A DNA stretch of 62,755 nt, the filler included, from Choristocarpus tenellus KU-1152 (Eukaryota; Protista; Phaeophyceae): assembly GCA_964200185.2 (NCBI GenBank). It is 9 parts of 9 records of this genome, joined end to end, with 100 filler letters (N's around TTAATTAATTAA, not from the genome) between each part and the next. Parts side by side here need not be neighbours in the genome. Positions count along the whole stretch, not along the records: positions 1 to 19,726 come from CAXNAD020000448.1; 8 more parts are not named here. One strand, 5' to 3'. Shown piece by piece: positions 1-10,430 of the stretch. A model generated the notes under the pieces. It was not told where the DNA came from and ran no database searches. It was given only the letters and a program-made list of their open reading frames with translations. Every line of letters starts with the position of its first letter. Positions within the stretch are counted from its first letter, which is position 1. A program made the translations under genes and the position numbers.

Positions 1-65
1 CACACACACACACACACGCACGCACCACACACACACACACACACACAACACATACACACACAACA

Positions 66-102
<37 letters not shown>

Positions 103-248
103 CACAACACACACACACACAACATCACAACACACACACACACAACATGCACACACACACACACACATGCACAACACACACACACACACACACACAACAC
201 GCACAACACACACACACACACACAACACGCACAACACACACACACACT
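1..248. repeat. Imperfect (CA)n microsatellite
   Basis: Near-continuous CACACA with short interruptions; explains the spurious HTHTHT N-terminus of ORF 147..482. Confidence 0.97.
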
Positions 249-275
249 CTTTCATATGATACACCACATGTGAAG

Positions 276-482
276 GTGATGGTGAAGTGGCTCCATCAGA
301 ACCGGAGGGAAGGGTGCACACAGGAAGCAGCAGACTGGGCGGCCTGCAATGGACACATGGAGGTCCTGCGCTGGCTGCTCAAGAAGCGCAGGGTGGGGTA
401 CAGTCCCAGAGCCGTCAACTGGGCTGCGAGGAACGGCCATTCGAGGGTGGTGGAGCTCCTTAGCAGTGAAGAGCAGGAGTAG
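276..482 (+). CDS. Terminal exon of an ankyrin-repeat protein (5' part outside the window)
   Basis: WLHQNRREGCTQEAADWAACNGHMEVLRWL and AVNWAARNGHSRVVELL match the WLHxNRxEGC...AAxNGH ankyrin repeat type; stop at 482; splice acceptor position approximate. Confidence 0.7.
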   Translation: MMVKWLHQNRREGCTQEAADWAACNGHMEVLRWLLKKRRVGYSPRAVNWAARNGHSRVVELLSSEEQE

Positions 483-2447
483 TAGCGTTACATGGCTGTT
501 GTGCTGGGCTCATGAGAATTGGATGGAAGCAGGGGGAAAAGGGAGGAATGAGTGGCAAGGTGGCAGTGGGGGGGGGGAGGGAGGGGCTTTTCCCAGGGGA
601 TTGCATTGTCGTTTCTGAGCATTGTTGCGGTAATGCTCTCAGGGTTCACATCACATTTTCTTTTTGCATATGTTTCTTTCATGCCTGTTGCTGCTGTGTT
701 CCCCTCAGTTATTGACTGACAATGAGCTAATCCAGAGGCTCTGTGAGAGACTTCTGTGTGGTAAGCTCCTTTAGACTTGAGTGGGAGCACAGGCGGAGGG
801 GGGGGTCAGCTTATTTTTATCATTTTCAAGAGTTACAGTGTGTTAAGAGTGTTCTGCGGATTGGTTTAAATGATCTTTATTTTGGTAGGTTTTGTAGAGC
901 TTGCTGTATTGCAATGAGTACATCTGAAGGACTGGTATAGGGAGGTTCCTAAAACTTGTAGCGTATCATGAGCTGGCATGGGGTCCCGCAGTGGGCCGGC
1001 TGGATGGATGCCTGTTTCCTCCTGAGACACATTCTCTTGGACGTAGCATCTATATACATAGACGCTCCACGTTTATGTATTGTACATAGTGCTTTTGTTC
1101 TTGCTGGGTTCTTGCTAGAGGCGATGCAATCCAATCTACTAAATTTTTGAAATTTGTGAATGTTTCTGTAGACGAATTTATAGGGTCTGGGAAATTACTG
1201 CTTTTCGTACGTTGTGTGTGGTCATTGTAGCAGAGGGTGTTATGTGTATTGAGTATGTGAAATGAAAAGCTTGGCACTGAGGAGAGTGTGTTTGAGGGGG
1301 TGATGATGGGTGATGATCTATGTAAGAGTTCGGGGGAAAGAGATGGGGCACCTTTGAGAAAGGACACTCTTTTTTTTCTTTTTCTTTTTCTTTTTTTCAT
1401 ATTGACCACTCACTAATAATAATATAGCGCTTGCTGGCAGTTTTAGTCACAGCTGGGGCAGTTGATTTGTTTTGGTGTGGGGTTTGTGGAGAAGGGTGTC
1501 GTATGATTTCACTGAAAATTTTTGCCCTTGAGTCTTCTCAATCTCTTTGTTGATCTCGACTGGGGGAAGGGGTGGGCAAGTGGAAGGAAAGTTCAATCAA
1601 AGAGAATAAAAGGAATATGTTTTGGATTTTTATACATCAATGCATATGGTAGTACACCATATTTGGTTGAAGGTATATAGTGAATATTGCTCTGGTGTTT
1701 TTTTTTGTGGCGTGTGCGCCAAGGGACCCACTCAGAGCCTGTTCCTCATTTGCGAGAATTAATTGACTCAAGCAGATACCATGAAATGATGAATAGCAGC
1801 TTGTGGACAAATGTGACTGCATGTTTGTACTCATTACAGTTCCGTCCACAAGATATCTATTAAAACTATATGATTACCCACAGTACGCGGTTTACTGCTG
1901 CTGCACAACCTGTGACAAGTGGTACCCTTTAAGTATTTGCTAGGGTGAGCCTGACATGTTTTGTATGTGCGTTATATTTGTGTTTTGTCCTCGAATTTAA
2001 TTGAATCGATACGGTCATAGCACAACTGGGACGGTCATGGTCAGGTCTTTAGTCGCAATCTGATTACAGAAGATGTCAATCAAGGGTGTTACGAGTAGAT
2101 CGTTCCCCACCCCTTACAACGTGATCATTGAAAAGTAAAACAACACGGGAAGAGTAGAAGTATAGTTAGTAGATGTGAGATGGTTGTAAAATACCAATCA
2201 TCCCGTAAACATCCCGTCACTGATTTTGGTGAAGATACGACCTCCAACAATATTGATCATGTTACAAAAAAAAAAGTACACTCCCACAACTCCTCTCCAC
2301 ACCACCCACACACACAATTGTGGGATACAATCCCCACAACATCTTATCATTAGCACAGTTGTCACTGTCGCTTGCTAACTCCCAGACTTGCAGACACGTC
2401 TAGGGCAGCGTGTCCTGTTGGTCTAAATTACGACTTATTAGTTCACC

Positions 2448-5400
2448 ATGGGCGGTGGCAAGAGACAGAAAGGGCATGATAGAGACAAGTACTACCACCT
2501 GGCCAAGGATCAAGGGTTTAGAGCAAGGTCTGCCTTCAAACTCATCGAGGTATGTGGAAGTTTCCTAATCAAGATGAGGTGTAGCTCTAGATTCCTCGTC
2601 CCATCTACCGCGTTGATATAGTGTGTATCACTCTCAACGACCAATTATTTCGCAAGGCGACGAGCCCTCACTCACAAGGACAAATTAACATGTAGTTGAA
2701 CACAATCTCTGTAGCTTACCTGCCACATCTGCCGACTCAATCCCCTACGATGTGTAGATCAATAAGAAATATGGGTTCCTCAAGGATGCAAAAGTTTGCA
2801 TTGACCTTTGCGCAGCTCCAGGAGGGTGGTGCCAAGTTGCGGCCAAGCACATGCCCCGAGGGAGCATTATACTAGGGGTAGATCTCCTCCCCATCCGCGC
2901 CATCCCCAATGTCAAGACACTGGTGCATGATATAACCACAGAAGAGTGCCGCACAGCATTGAAGCGTGAGATGCAGTCCTGGAAGGTAATTACCCATCCC
3001 CTGTATTGCTCAACTATCAAAACTCTAGGGGAGTAGCGTTGTGTGCCTCTAATGATACACCCAGTCAAATTGCGTTCAACCTTCTCAGCTTAATCGAAGA
3101 ACAACCTTCTCAGCTTAATCGAAGAATAACCTATCTTGTAGACGATGCAAAAGAGGGTACTGGGAATACAATAGTGTGATTTTTGTGGAAGTATTAAGAT
3201 GTTGGTTGCGTGATGCTATTCCCCCTCCTCCAGTTTTCCCTCCAGTCCTCTCAATCTAGCGTTTCTCTTGACTTCCTCTGACATTAGACTTAATTTTTGT
3301 AAAGGTGTTAATTTAGGTACAACGACCTTGCCCACATTACAAGCCAAAAAAACATTTCTCTGCGAATTCTTCAAAATATCATTGTATCATGCACCCCGGC
3401 CCACTCTCCTACCACCAAACTTTGCCAGGCAGATGTCGTTCTCTGTGATGGAGCTCCCAATGTTGGAACCGCCTACAAGAAAGACGCGTATGAGCAAAAT
3501 GAGATCGCGCTCGCTGCGCTGAAGGTCGCCACCCAGCAGCTACGGAAGGGTGGCACATTTGTCACCAAGGCAGGTCTCAAAAAAGATGTGTCATAAACGG
3601 CAGCAAGGTCAAATTTGAAACCCCTTTTGAACTGCAAAAAACAAGAGTTACAAATGATCTCATTTACAACACTACTAAAGCACCCCATTCAAGTGCACTC
3701 CTTTGCCTGTACCTTGATGCAGTGTGTGCTGTCCTTAACAATTACTGTCAATGCTACCCTCGTCCCAGGTTTATCGCTCCCAGGACTATAACTCCCTCAT
3801 GTGGGTTATTCAACAATTTTTTGGTGAACACCAGGCTGTAAAGCCAGCCTCCAGTCGAAGCAAATCTGCTGAGATCTTTGTTGTGGGTACCAACTACAAG
3901 GCCCCTGACTTCATCGACCCCCGTATGCTAGACCCGAGGCATGCTTTCACACAAGACTTCGATGATGGTGAGTGAGAGCTCAAGAAGTTCTGTATGTTGA
4001 GCCAATGCAGATAGTAGAAAGCAGACTGTGCATATGTATTACTGGCGTCAATGTTACATGGCAGTGTTTTGCTCAAAGGTATAGAATGAACACTCTCCCA
4101 CAAGTGATGCTTCTTTGTTTTGTTTGAGACACTGCTCCAATTGAGCCAACAACTTGCTACGTCCTCTATGTGGTGGTTGTTTTTTCCTTTGAAATTTTGT
4201 GTTCCGTGTTTTTATTTGCCCTTGTACATCTTCCACAACTCACATTTTTTCATGTACGTGCTGTTTTAGGGAACAAAAAGGGACTGTCTATTTTTCATAA
4301 GAAATACAATCAGCACAACAAGCGGCAAAGGCAGGGGTATGATGATGACCTCGGAATGTCCTTAACTCGAACAACCAAGGTAGGTATTTCTTGACTTTTG
4401 ATTGTGAAGCATTGTGTGTTTGCGTTAAATGGTGAAGCAGGGACATATTCTACTTGTAGCTAATTATTAATCCGTTTGTGTAGGAATATATTTATGTCAA
4501 AACCCACGTAAGTCTGAGAAGGCTGTTATGAACGCAGTGATGATGTCTATTCCCATAATCATTCGCAGTGATCTGCCGACGCTCACAAGCCTTGCCAGGC
4601 AGTGTTTGAGCCTGGGGCTTTAACTTCCTTGGATGTCTGAGCGCTCTGTACCGCCTTAGTTAAAGACTTACACTTTTAACTTTGTGAGCAGGTTTGCCTA
4701 TTATTAGTATTGTGGGTATTATTAATTGGACCTTTGTAAAGTGTGCACCTTTACAGCAAGTAGCAAGTAAAGGTGTAACTGTAATGATGGAACCTGTAGC
4801 AGTTTGTGCAGTGATGTCTATTCCCATAATCATTCGCAGTGATCTGCCGACGCTCACAAGCCTTGCCAGGCAGTGTTTGAGCCTGGGGCTTTAACTTCCT
4901 TGGATGTCTGAGCGCTCTGTACCGCCTTAGTTGAAGACTTACACTTTTAACTTTGTGAGCAGGTTTGCCTATTATTAATATTGTGGGTATTATTAATTGG
5001 ACCTTTGTAAAGTGTGCACCTTTGCAGCAAGTAGCAAGTAAAGGTGTAACTGTAATGATGGAACCTGTAGCAGTTTGTGCAGTGATGATGTCTATTCCCA
5101 TAATCATTCGCAGTGATCTGCTGACGCTCACACGCCTTGCCAGGCAGTGTTTCGAGCCTGGAGCAATTACTTCCTTGGATGTCTGAGCACCACTTTGTTC
5201 TATTTTTTGTAAGCATACTAAACCCCATGTGGCCCTAATTTAAGTGAGCTCTGATAAAGGGTATACTATTTTAGCTGATTGCATTAGTTCGGTTGCTCAT
5301 GTGAAATTTTACTTGTGGTCAATAGGAAAGGCTGGCACATGCACAATGATGATGTATTTCCCATAAATCATTCGCAGTGATTCGCCGACGCTCACCAGCC

Positions 5401-8400
5401 TTGTTGGTTTGTGTTAGAGCCTGGGGCATCAACTTCCTTGGATGTCTGAGTGACATGTGCTTTGAATCTCCCTAGAAAGTACACACATCTTTTTTGTTGA
5501 ATGTGTGAAGGTTTTGCTCTGATTGATGAATTTATCGTGGAGTGAGTGAAAGCATCATGCCCTTGAACCTTTGGATGGCTGTTGAGTATTTCCTTTTTAT
5601 AAATTTGAACAAAGTAAAATAATTGGGTAGTGGATCCATGTAATTAGTCAAAATGTGCTTGAGTGATTTGCAACACCTTACAGGTGCAGCTGTGAACAAA
5701 GGTTCTATGCTGTCAACTTAACCTGCTTTCTTGAATTTGAATTTCTCTGTTGACATGTGTGATGTGGAAACAGGTTTCTTCATTTGTTGATTCAGAAGAC
5801 CCTGTGCGTGTCTTAACAGATACCCATGTGCTTGAGTTTGGTCCTGAGTGTCAAGTGTACAAGGAACACAGAAGTACTACTGAGGAGCTTATCAACCTCT
5901 GTAGCGGTAAGTGAGATGTGGAGGTTGGAATAAGTCTATTTGTGTTGGCAAATTATAATCTTATCAGGTATCCAATTCAGCCTTTGCTTTTTTCAGTGGA
6001 CTACATTCAACAAGAAACATGGCCAAGGAATCCAGTTCAATTTTCGTTTCAGTCCCCTACTTCGAATATCAGTCTACTTCTGTGTTTTTAGGTAATAGTT
6101 TAATATTGTGTATTTATGGAGATAAGTGTTTTGAAACATAACTCTCTTTGCTAATGATTACAACACAAGATGACGAGTATGAAAGGTGGGGAGTACATCA
6201 GGTGTATAGGGCAAGCGTTTTGCGTGCTCTGTATACCTTGCTTCCTGCTGACCTCTGATTATTATCGAGGCATTTGTATGATGGCAAGAAAGGAGAAGTT
6301 GATAGAGCGGAGTACATATTTTTAAGTGTGAGTTTGGAGATTAAGAGTCTAATGTTAATTAGAATATGGCTTGTCAGTTCTCGTTGCTAATGATTACAAC
6401 ACAAGATGACGAGTATGAAAGGTGGGGAGTACATGAGGTGTACAGGGCCCGCGTTTTGCATGCTCTGTATGCCTTACTTCCTGCTGACCTCTGATTATTA
6501 TTGAGGCATTTGTATGATGGCAAGAAAGAAGAATTGAAGTTAGAAATTCTACTCTTTTACAGGATATGTTTGAATGTTAAAAGTATGGCTCTGTATTCAA
6601 GGTGACTTTTTCATCTTGACATGCTGGTTATTGCAGACTTTTAAAGCCCTGCCATGTTCCGTGTTTCATCTCATTGGAGAGTGAACATTGGTCCTCGAAC
6701 AATGATAGTTTTCTTGAAGGATGCACGAAAATTGTGTGCTGATTTTTTTTAACTGCATCTCATTCTCGATGTGTGTTTTCTTTGTTTGCTTTAGATTTGC
6801 GTGTGCTTGGTAAGGGAGATTTTAGAAATCTCATCAAGTGGAGGTTGAAGCTTGTAAAGTATAGGGATGAGCTACGTGCAGCTGCGGAGGAGGAAGTAGA
6901 GGTAGAGGGAGAGGAAGAGGGAGAACAGAGTGAGGACGAGGCTCCCAAGACAGAAGAGGAGAAAGAGGAGGATGTCCAGGCGGAGATCAAAGGACTTCAG
7001 TGAGTGATTTTGCTGCAATTGATGACATGTTGGAAATGCACTTGTTACATAAAGTTTACGTGATGTGATAGATCAAATGTAGTGGGTTTCCTTTGGATGT
7101 GAGGAACATCTCATGTCATCACTAAGATTTGGTGTGTATTTTTGTACTCGGGTGTTACAAAGTTTTGTGTTGCAAAGAATGATCCTAGGGCACTTTTTTC
7201 ATGTGTCTTCCAATCTTTTCACAATCTGTACCATACTGTCTTTCACATTGTGTAGATTAAAGGCGTTGGCTGAGAAGAAACGCCTGCGAAAGAAAGAACG
7301 TGAAGGTGCAGCACGACTGCGATCACGAGTTGCCATGGGTATGGAAAACAGGGCCACAGATCTTCCTCAAGAGGAAGGGATTTTCAGTCTCAAGACCATA
7401 CAGGTGTTGATTAGTGTATGTAATAGTAGACATAATTGTAAGGTTTTGTGTGAATGGTCTGTTTAAAGACCAAAAATATTATAGCTTTTTCCATATTACA
7501 TCAATTTGGTGAAATAAAATTGTAGGTGTCAGTATCCATGCAGTGCAATTGACGCTGTGTAAATCTGGAAAAAAAATGTAAATTGCTGATTTGTTGTTGA
7601 ACAGAGTCTTGATGAGCTTGATGCAGTGCGGGAGGTAGAACTCTCACATGTGGATGCAGATGAAGTGGAAGTTGGTGAGGAGTCGACTGAGGAGGAGAGT
7701 GAGGTGGAGAGCGAACATGACAGGTAGTACTAACGTATGTCATGTTTTGGACATGTTTTACTTTGAAGCTGATAGAAGCTGATATTTGAGCAACTAGAGG
7801 TAGGAACGTCTCTGCTTCTCTTAACTGTATCCGTGTGCTTTGTAACACTGCAGTGATGAGGAAGATGCAGCCCTTCAGGAAGACTTGGATGCAGCATATC
7901 TTCGATATCTTGAAGTCAAAGAAAATCATAGAACAGAAGGTACAGGTCATGCTAAGAGGACTAAAAAGTACAAGGTATGTTGCCATGATTTTCATCCAAA
8001 AGATGTTTTGGGACAATTTTGTCTATGTTTGAGAGCATTGCGTGAACAGAAAGCAAGCACACTCTCTTCCCATAGTCCTTTATTGGGCAAAAATTGAGGA
8101 AGTTTTTTTCGTTTGCAAGAGAAAATACTTGACTTTTCGTAACTGATAAACTGCTCCTCTTTAACTGTAGAAGCAGTTGGCTAGTTTGCTAAGTCGTACA
8201 TAATTTAAGTTTGGGTTAACACCTCAGTTTGCAACTATTCTTCGAAATTGAAGTATGAAAGTTTTACTGTGTAATGTCAATTTATCGAGAATCTATCCTG
8301 CCTGCACTACCCTAAAGGTGTCTCGTTCATTCTTTCACTGTTTTCCAGTAACACACCTGTTGTTTGCTTTGTGTGTCTTCATGTAAAACTCACATGATGT

Positions 8401-10430
8401 ATAGGCTATGAAAGCAGCTGAGGAGGAGATGCAGGATACGATGCTGTACGATGGTGACCAGCAGAGGTATTTAGAGATTCTGGCAGGTGTGGGTGCGGAT
8501 GGAAGTGATGCTTCTAGTGACATAAGTGGTGATGAAGATGACTTCGATGTTCTAGACTCAGACGAAGAGGATGTTCCTGTTGGGGTGAGTGGCAGAGGAA
8601 AGAGTGAAATGTGATGTTCATATACTCAAGAAATTTTGTGCGGGATGTTGGCTGTACCACAAACATTCTTGCAACTGCTTCAATTTCTGATTGTACCTTA
8701 CACTTTGCATGGTGTCTTCTCAGGCTGACCTGTCAAATGATGGGTCAAAGTCTTCGAAAATGCGTACTTTGCAAGTGAAATCAAAGAAAGCTGGTGATAA
8801 TGGGAAGCAGCAGCATCCCCTGCTTGCAGAGATTGCACCGAAGTCTGAGCGGCAAAGGGCAGCAGCTGAGCGATGGTTCAGTGATACATTGTTTGATGGA
8901 GTTGATGAATCTGTTGAGGTGACTGACGATGTTGGAAAGGATGAGTTGTTCAATGATAATGGTGTAGATGACATGGATGAGAGTCCTCCACTGGCTAAAT
9001 GTGCAAGAGTAAGTACTACTGCTAGGGGTTTGAGACATGGAGTCGAGGTTAAGAATGGTGGAGATGATGACCTGGAAGGTTCAGCAGCTGCAGATCTGCT
9101 AGCATCGATGCCAAAAACAGACAAGGAGAAGCGGAAGGAGAAGAGGAGAAAGGTCAGTTGTTTGTTGATTGAGGGTATCTTCAGGAGGTTTTCGGCATGG
9201 CGAGAGAGTATTGGTGTCTTTTGCTCATGACTTGCATAGCCCTTGAGTATGTTCAAATATGTGACCATTGGTACTATCTCTGTGTTTGTTGGCAGGCTTT
9301 GGAGAGGAAAGAAAGAAGAGAGATTAGGCATGGGAAGCGCCTTTCAGAAGATGGAAAAGGTCAAGAAGACATGCAGGTGGTGTCTGGAAACGATGACTTG
9401 GAGAATCTTGGACCAAAAGAAAGAGCCAAGGTGGAAAAGAAGAGAAATCTCATCCGAGCAGGGATGGGGTTGACAGCAGGTGATGGTGATACCAAGGGCT
9501 TTGAGGTTGCAAAGGTGAGAGATTGTGTTAACCTCAGTTTTGCTTCCGTAAAATAGAAAAAGTCCAAATGGTCCATCTCCCCTAGACATGTTGATCGCTT
9601 GAATAGGAGATTAAATGTAAGATAGTCTCTAGGACTCTGGAATTGCGTACAAGTAGGATTTGTTGTAATAATGAACAGGAAGTTATGTTCATGTCCTCTT
9701 TTCAAAATTTTGTTAACAGGCAAGCGAGGCAGCTGCAGCAATGTTAGGTGGAAGAAGTCGCCCAAAGTTTGCTGTGGAGGGTCTGGATGTTGCAGATGAG
9801 CGAGAGTATGGCTCTGATGTGGAGGATTATGATGATGATGATAAGGCCAGACAGCTGGCGCTGGGCACCATGATGTTACGTAAGCATAGGGCAAAGGAAC
9901 TGGTGGATGCAGCGTACAACCGTTTTAGTTGGAACGATGATGCTGATCTTCCAGATTGGTTTACAGATGATGAACATAAGCACTATCGCCCACAAGTGCC
10001 TTTGCCTCCGGCACTAGTGGAGCAGATGAAAAACAAGTTCATGTCACTTGCTAGCAAGCCTATCAAGAAGGTTGCCGAAGCAAGGTTGCGAAAGCGGAAG
10101 AGGGCAGCTGATAGGTTGAGATCTGCTCAAAAGAAGGCTACATCACTTGCAGCTAACCCTGATATATCAGAGCGTGAGAAGTTAAAGGCGGTAAGGCAGG
10201 CCATGAAGAAGGGCATTTCACGTGACCAGGCTTCCAAGGTTTATGTAGTTTCTAAGTCTGGTGGTAAGAGTGTCGCGAGTGGGGCAAAAAAGTCTAGTGC
10301 GGCAAGAGTGAAGATGGTGGATGCAAGGATGAAGAGTGATACGAGGGGGATGAAAAGAGCAGAAAAGAAGAAGGCAGGCAAGGCAACAAATAAGAAGAAA
10401 AAGGGTAAGGGGAGGCAGGGCCGACATTGA
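2448..10430 (+). CDS. SPB1: AdoMet-dependent rRNA 2'-O-methyltransferase SPB1/FTSJ3, 14 exons: 2448-2549, 2758-2985, 3429-3569, 3769-3967, 4270-4379, 5774-5906, 6795-6999, 7256-7403, 7605-7723, 7854-7974, 8405-8584, 8724-9152, 9296-9514, 9720-10430 (3045 nt, 1014 aa)
   Basis: Manual splicing gives an open frame with FtsJ motifs [51 protein letters not shown] and [15 protein letters not shown]. Mid-region [17 protein letters not shown]; Spb1 C-terminal motifs [30 protein letters not shown] and [11 protein letters not shown]. All introns GT-AG except intron 3 (GC-AG). Confidence 0.95.
3077..3132. repeat. 25-bp tandem duplication in SPB1 intron 2
   Basis: CAACCTTCTCAGCTTAATCGAAGAA twice plus a partial third copy. 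Confidence 0.9.
4533..4643 (+). ncRNA. U14: U14 box C/D snoRNA, copy 1 (SPB1 intron 5)
   Basis: Box C GTGATGA 4537-4543; domain A CATTCGCAGT (antisense to 18S ACUGCGAAUG); domain B CTTCCTTGGATGT directly before box D CTGA 4637-4640; terminal stem CGC/GCG; internal GCCTTGCCAGGC hairpin. Confidence 0.92.
4807..4914 (+). ncRNA. U14: U14 snoRNA, copy 2 (box C damaged)
   Basis: Body identical to copy 1, but a 3-nt deletion turns GTGATGATG into GTGATGT; box D CTGA 4908-4911 intact. Confidence 0.8.
5077..5190 (+). ncRNA. U14: U14 snoRNA, copy 3
   Basis: Box C GTGATGA 5082-5088; domains A and B intact; box D 5183-5186; terminal stem GTGC/GCAC. Confidence 0.92.
5342..5452 (+). ncRNA. U14: U14 snoRNA, copy 4 (more diverged)
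   Basis: Box C ATGATGA 5346-5352; CATTCGCAGT; CTTCCTTGGATGT then CTGA 5446-5449. Extended flanking stem GCACATGCAC (5335-5344)/GTGACATGTGC (5450-5460). Flanks are unrelated to copies 1-3 while the functional motifs are invariant. Confidence 0.92.
6148..6287 (+). ncRNA. U15: U15-type double-guide box C/D snoRNA, copy 1 (SPB1 intron 6)
   Basis: Box C ATGATTA 6154-6160; guide AGATGACGAG-T before D' ATGA 6179-6182; long internal hairpin; C' CTGATTA 6255-6261; guide CGAGGCATTTG-T before D ATGA 6278-6281; terminal stem TTGCTA/TGGCAA. Both guides are antisense to LSU rRNA CAAAUGCCUCGUCAUCU, as in U15. Confidence 0.88.
6384..6523 (+). ncRNA. U15: U15-type snoRNA, copy 2
   Basis: 236-bp downstream duplicate: C ATGATTA 6390-6396, D' ATGA 6415-6418, C' CTGATTA 6491-6497, D ATGA 6514-6517. 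Core guides kept; differences concentrate in the internal hairpin. Confidence 0.88.

Noticed and set aside
147-260. His/Thr-rich N-terminus of ORF 147..482
   Set aside because: It is a translation of the CA microsatellite.
1030-1095. Minus-strand LCTIHKRGASMYIDATSKRMC, reminiscent of an EsV-1-7-type Cys/His repeat
   Set aside because: Single imperfect unit with no repeat context; too weak to call.
3987-4087. Stem TTCTGTATGTTGAGC / GCTCAAAGGTATAGAA in SPB1 intron 4 as a possible H/ACA RNA
   Set aside because: No clear H box, second hairpin or ACA tail.
4660-5228. Duplicated short ORFs on both strands of SPB1 intron 5
   Set aside because: By-products of the U14 tandem duplication; the conserved parts are RNA motifs, not codons.
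7019-7103. TTGATGA ... TTCCTTTGGATGTGAG in intron 7 resembling a decayed U14
   Set aside because: No domain A and no box D; could be chance.
8720-9894. Long minus-strand ORFs (203 aa, 177 aa)
   Set aside because: Antisense shadows of SPB1 exons.
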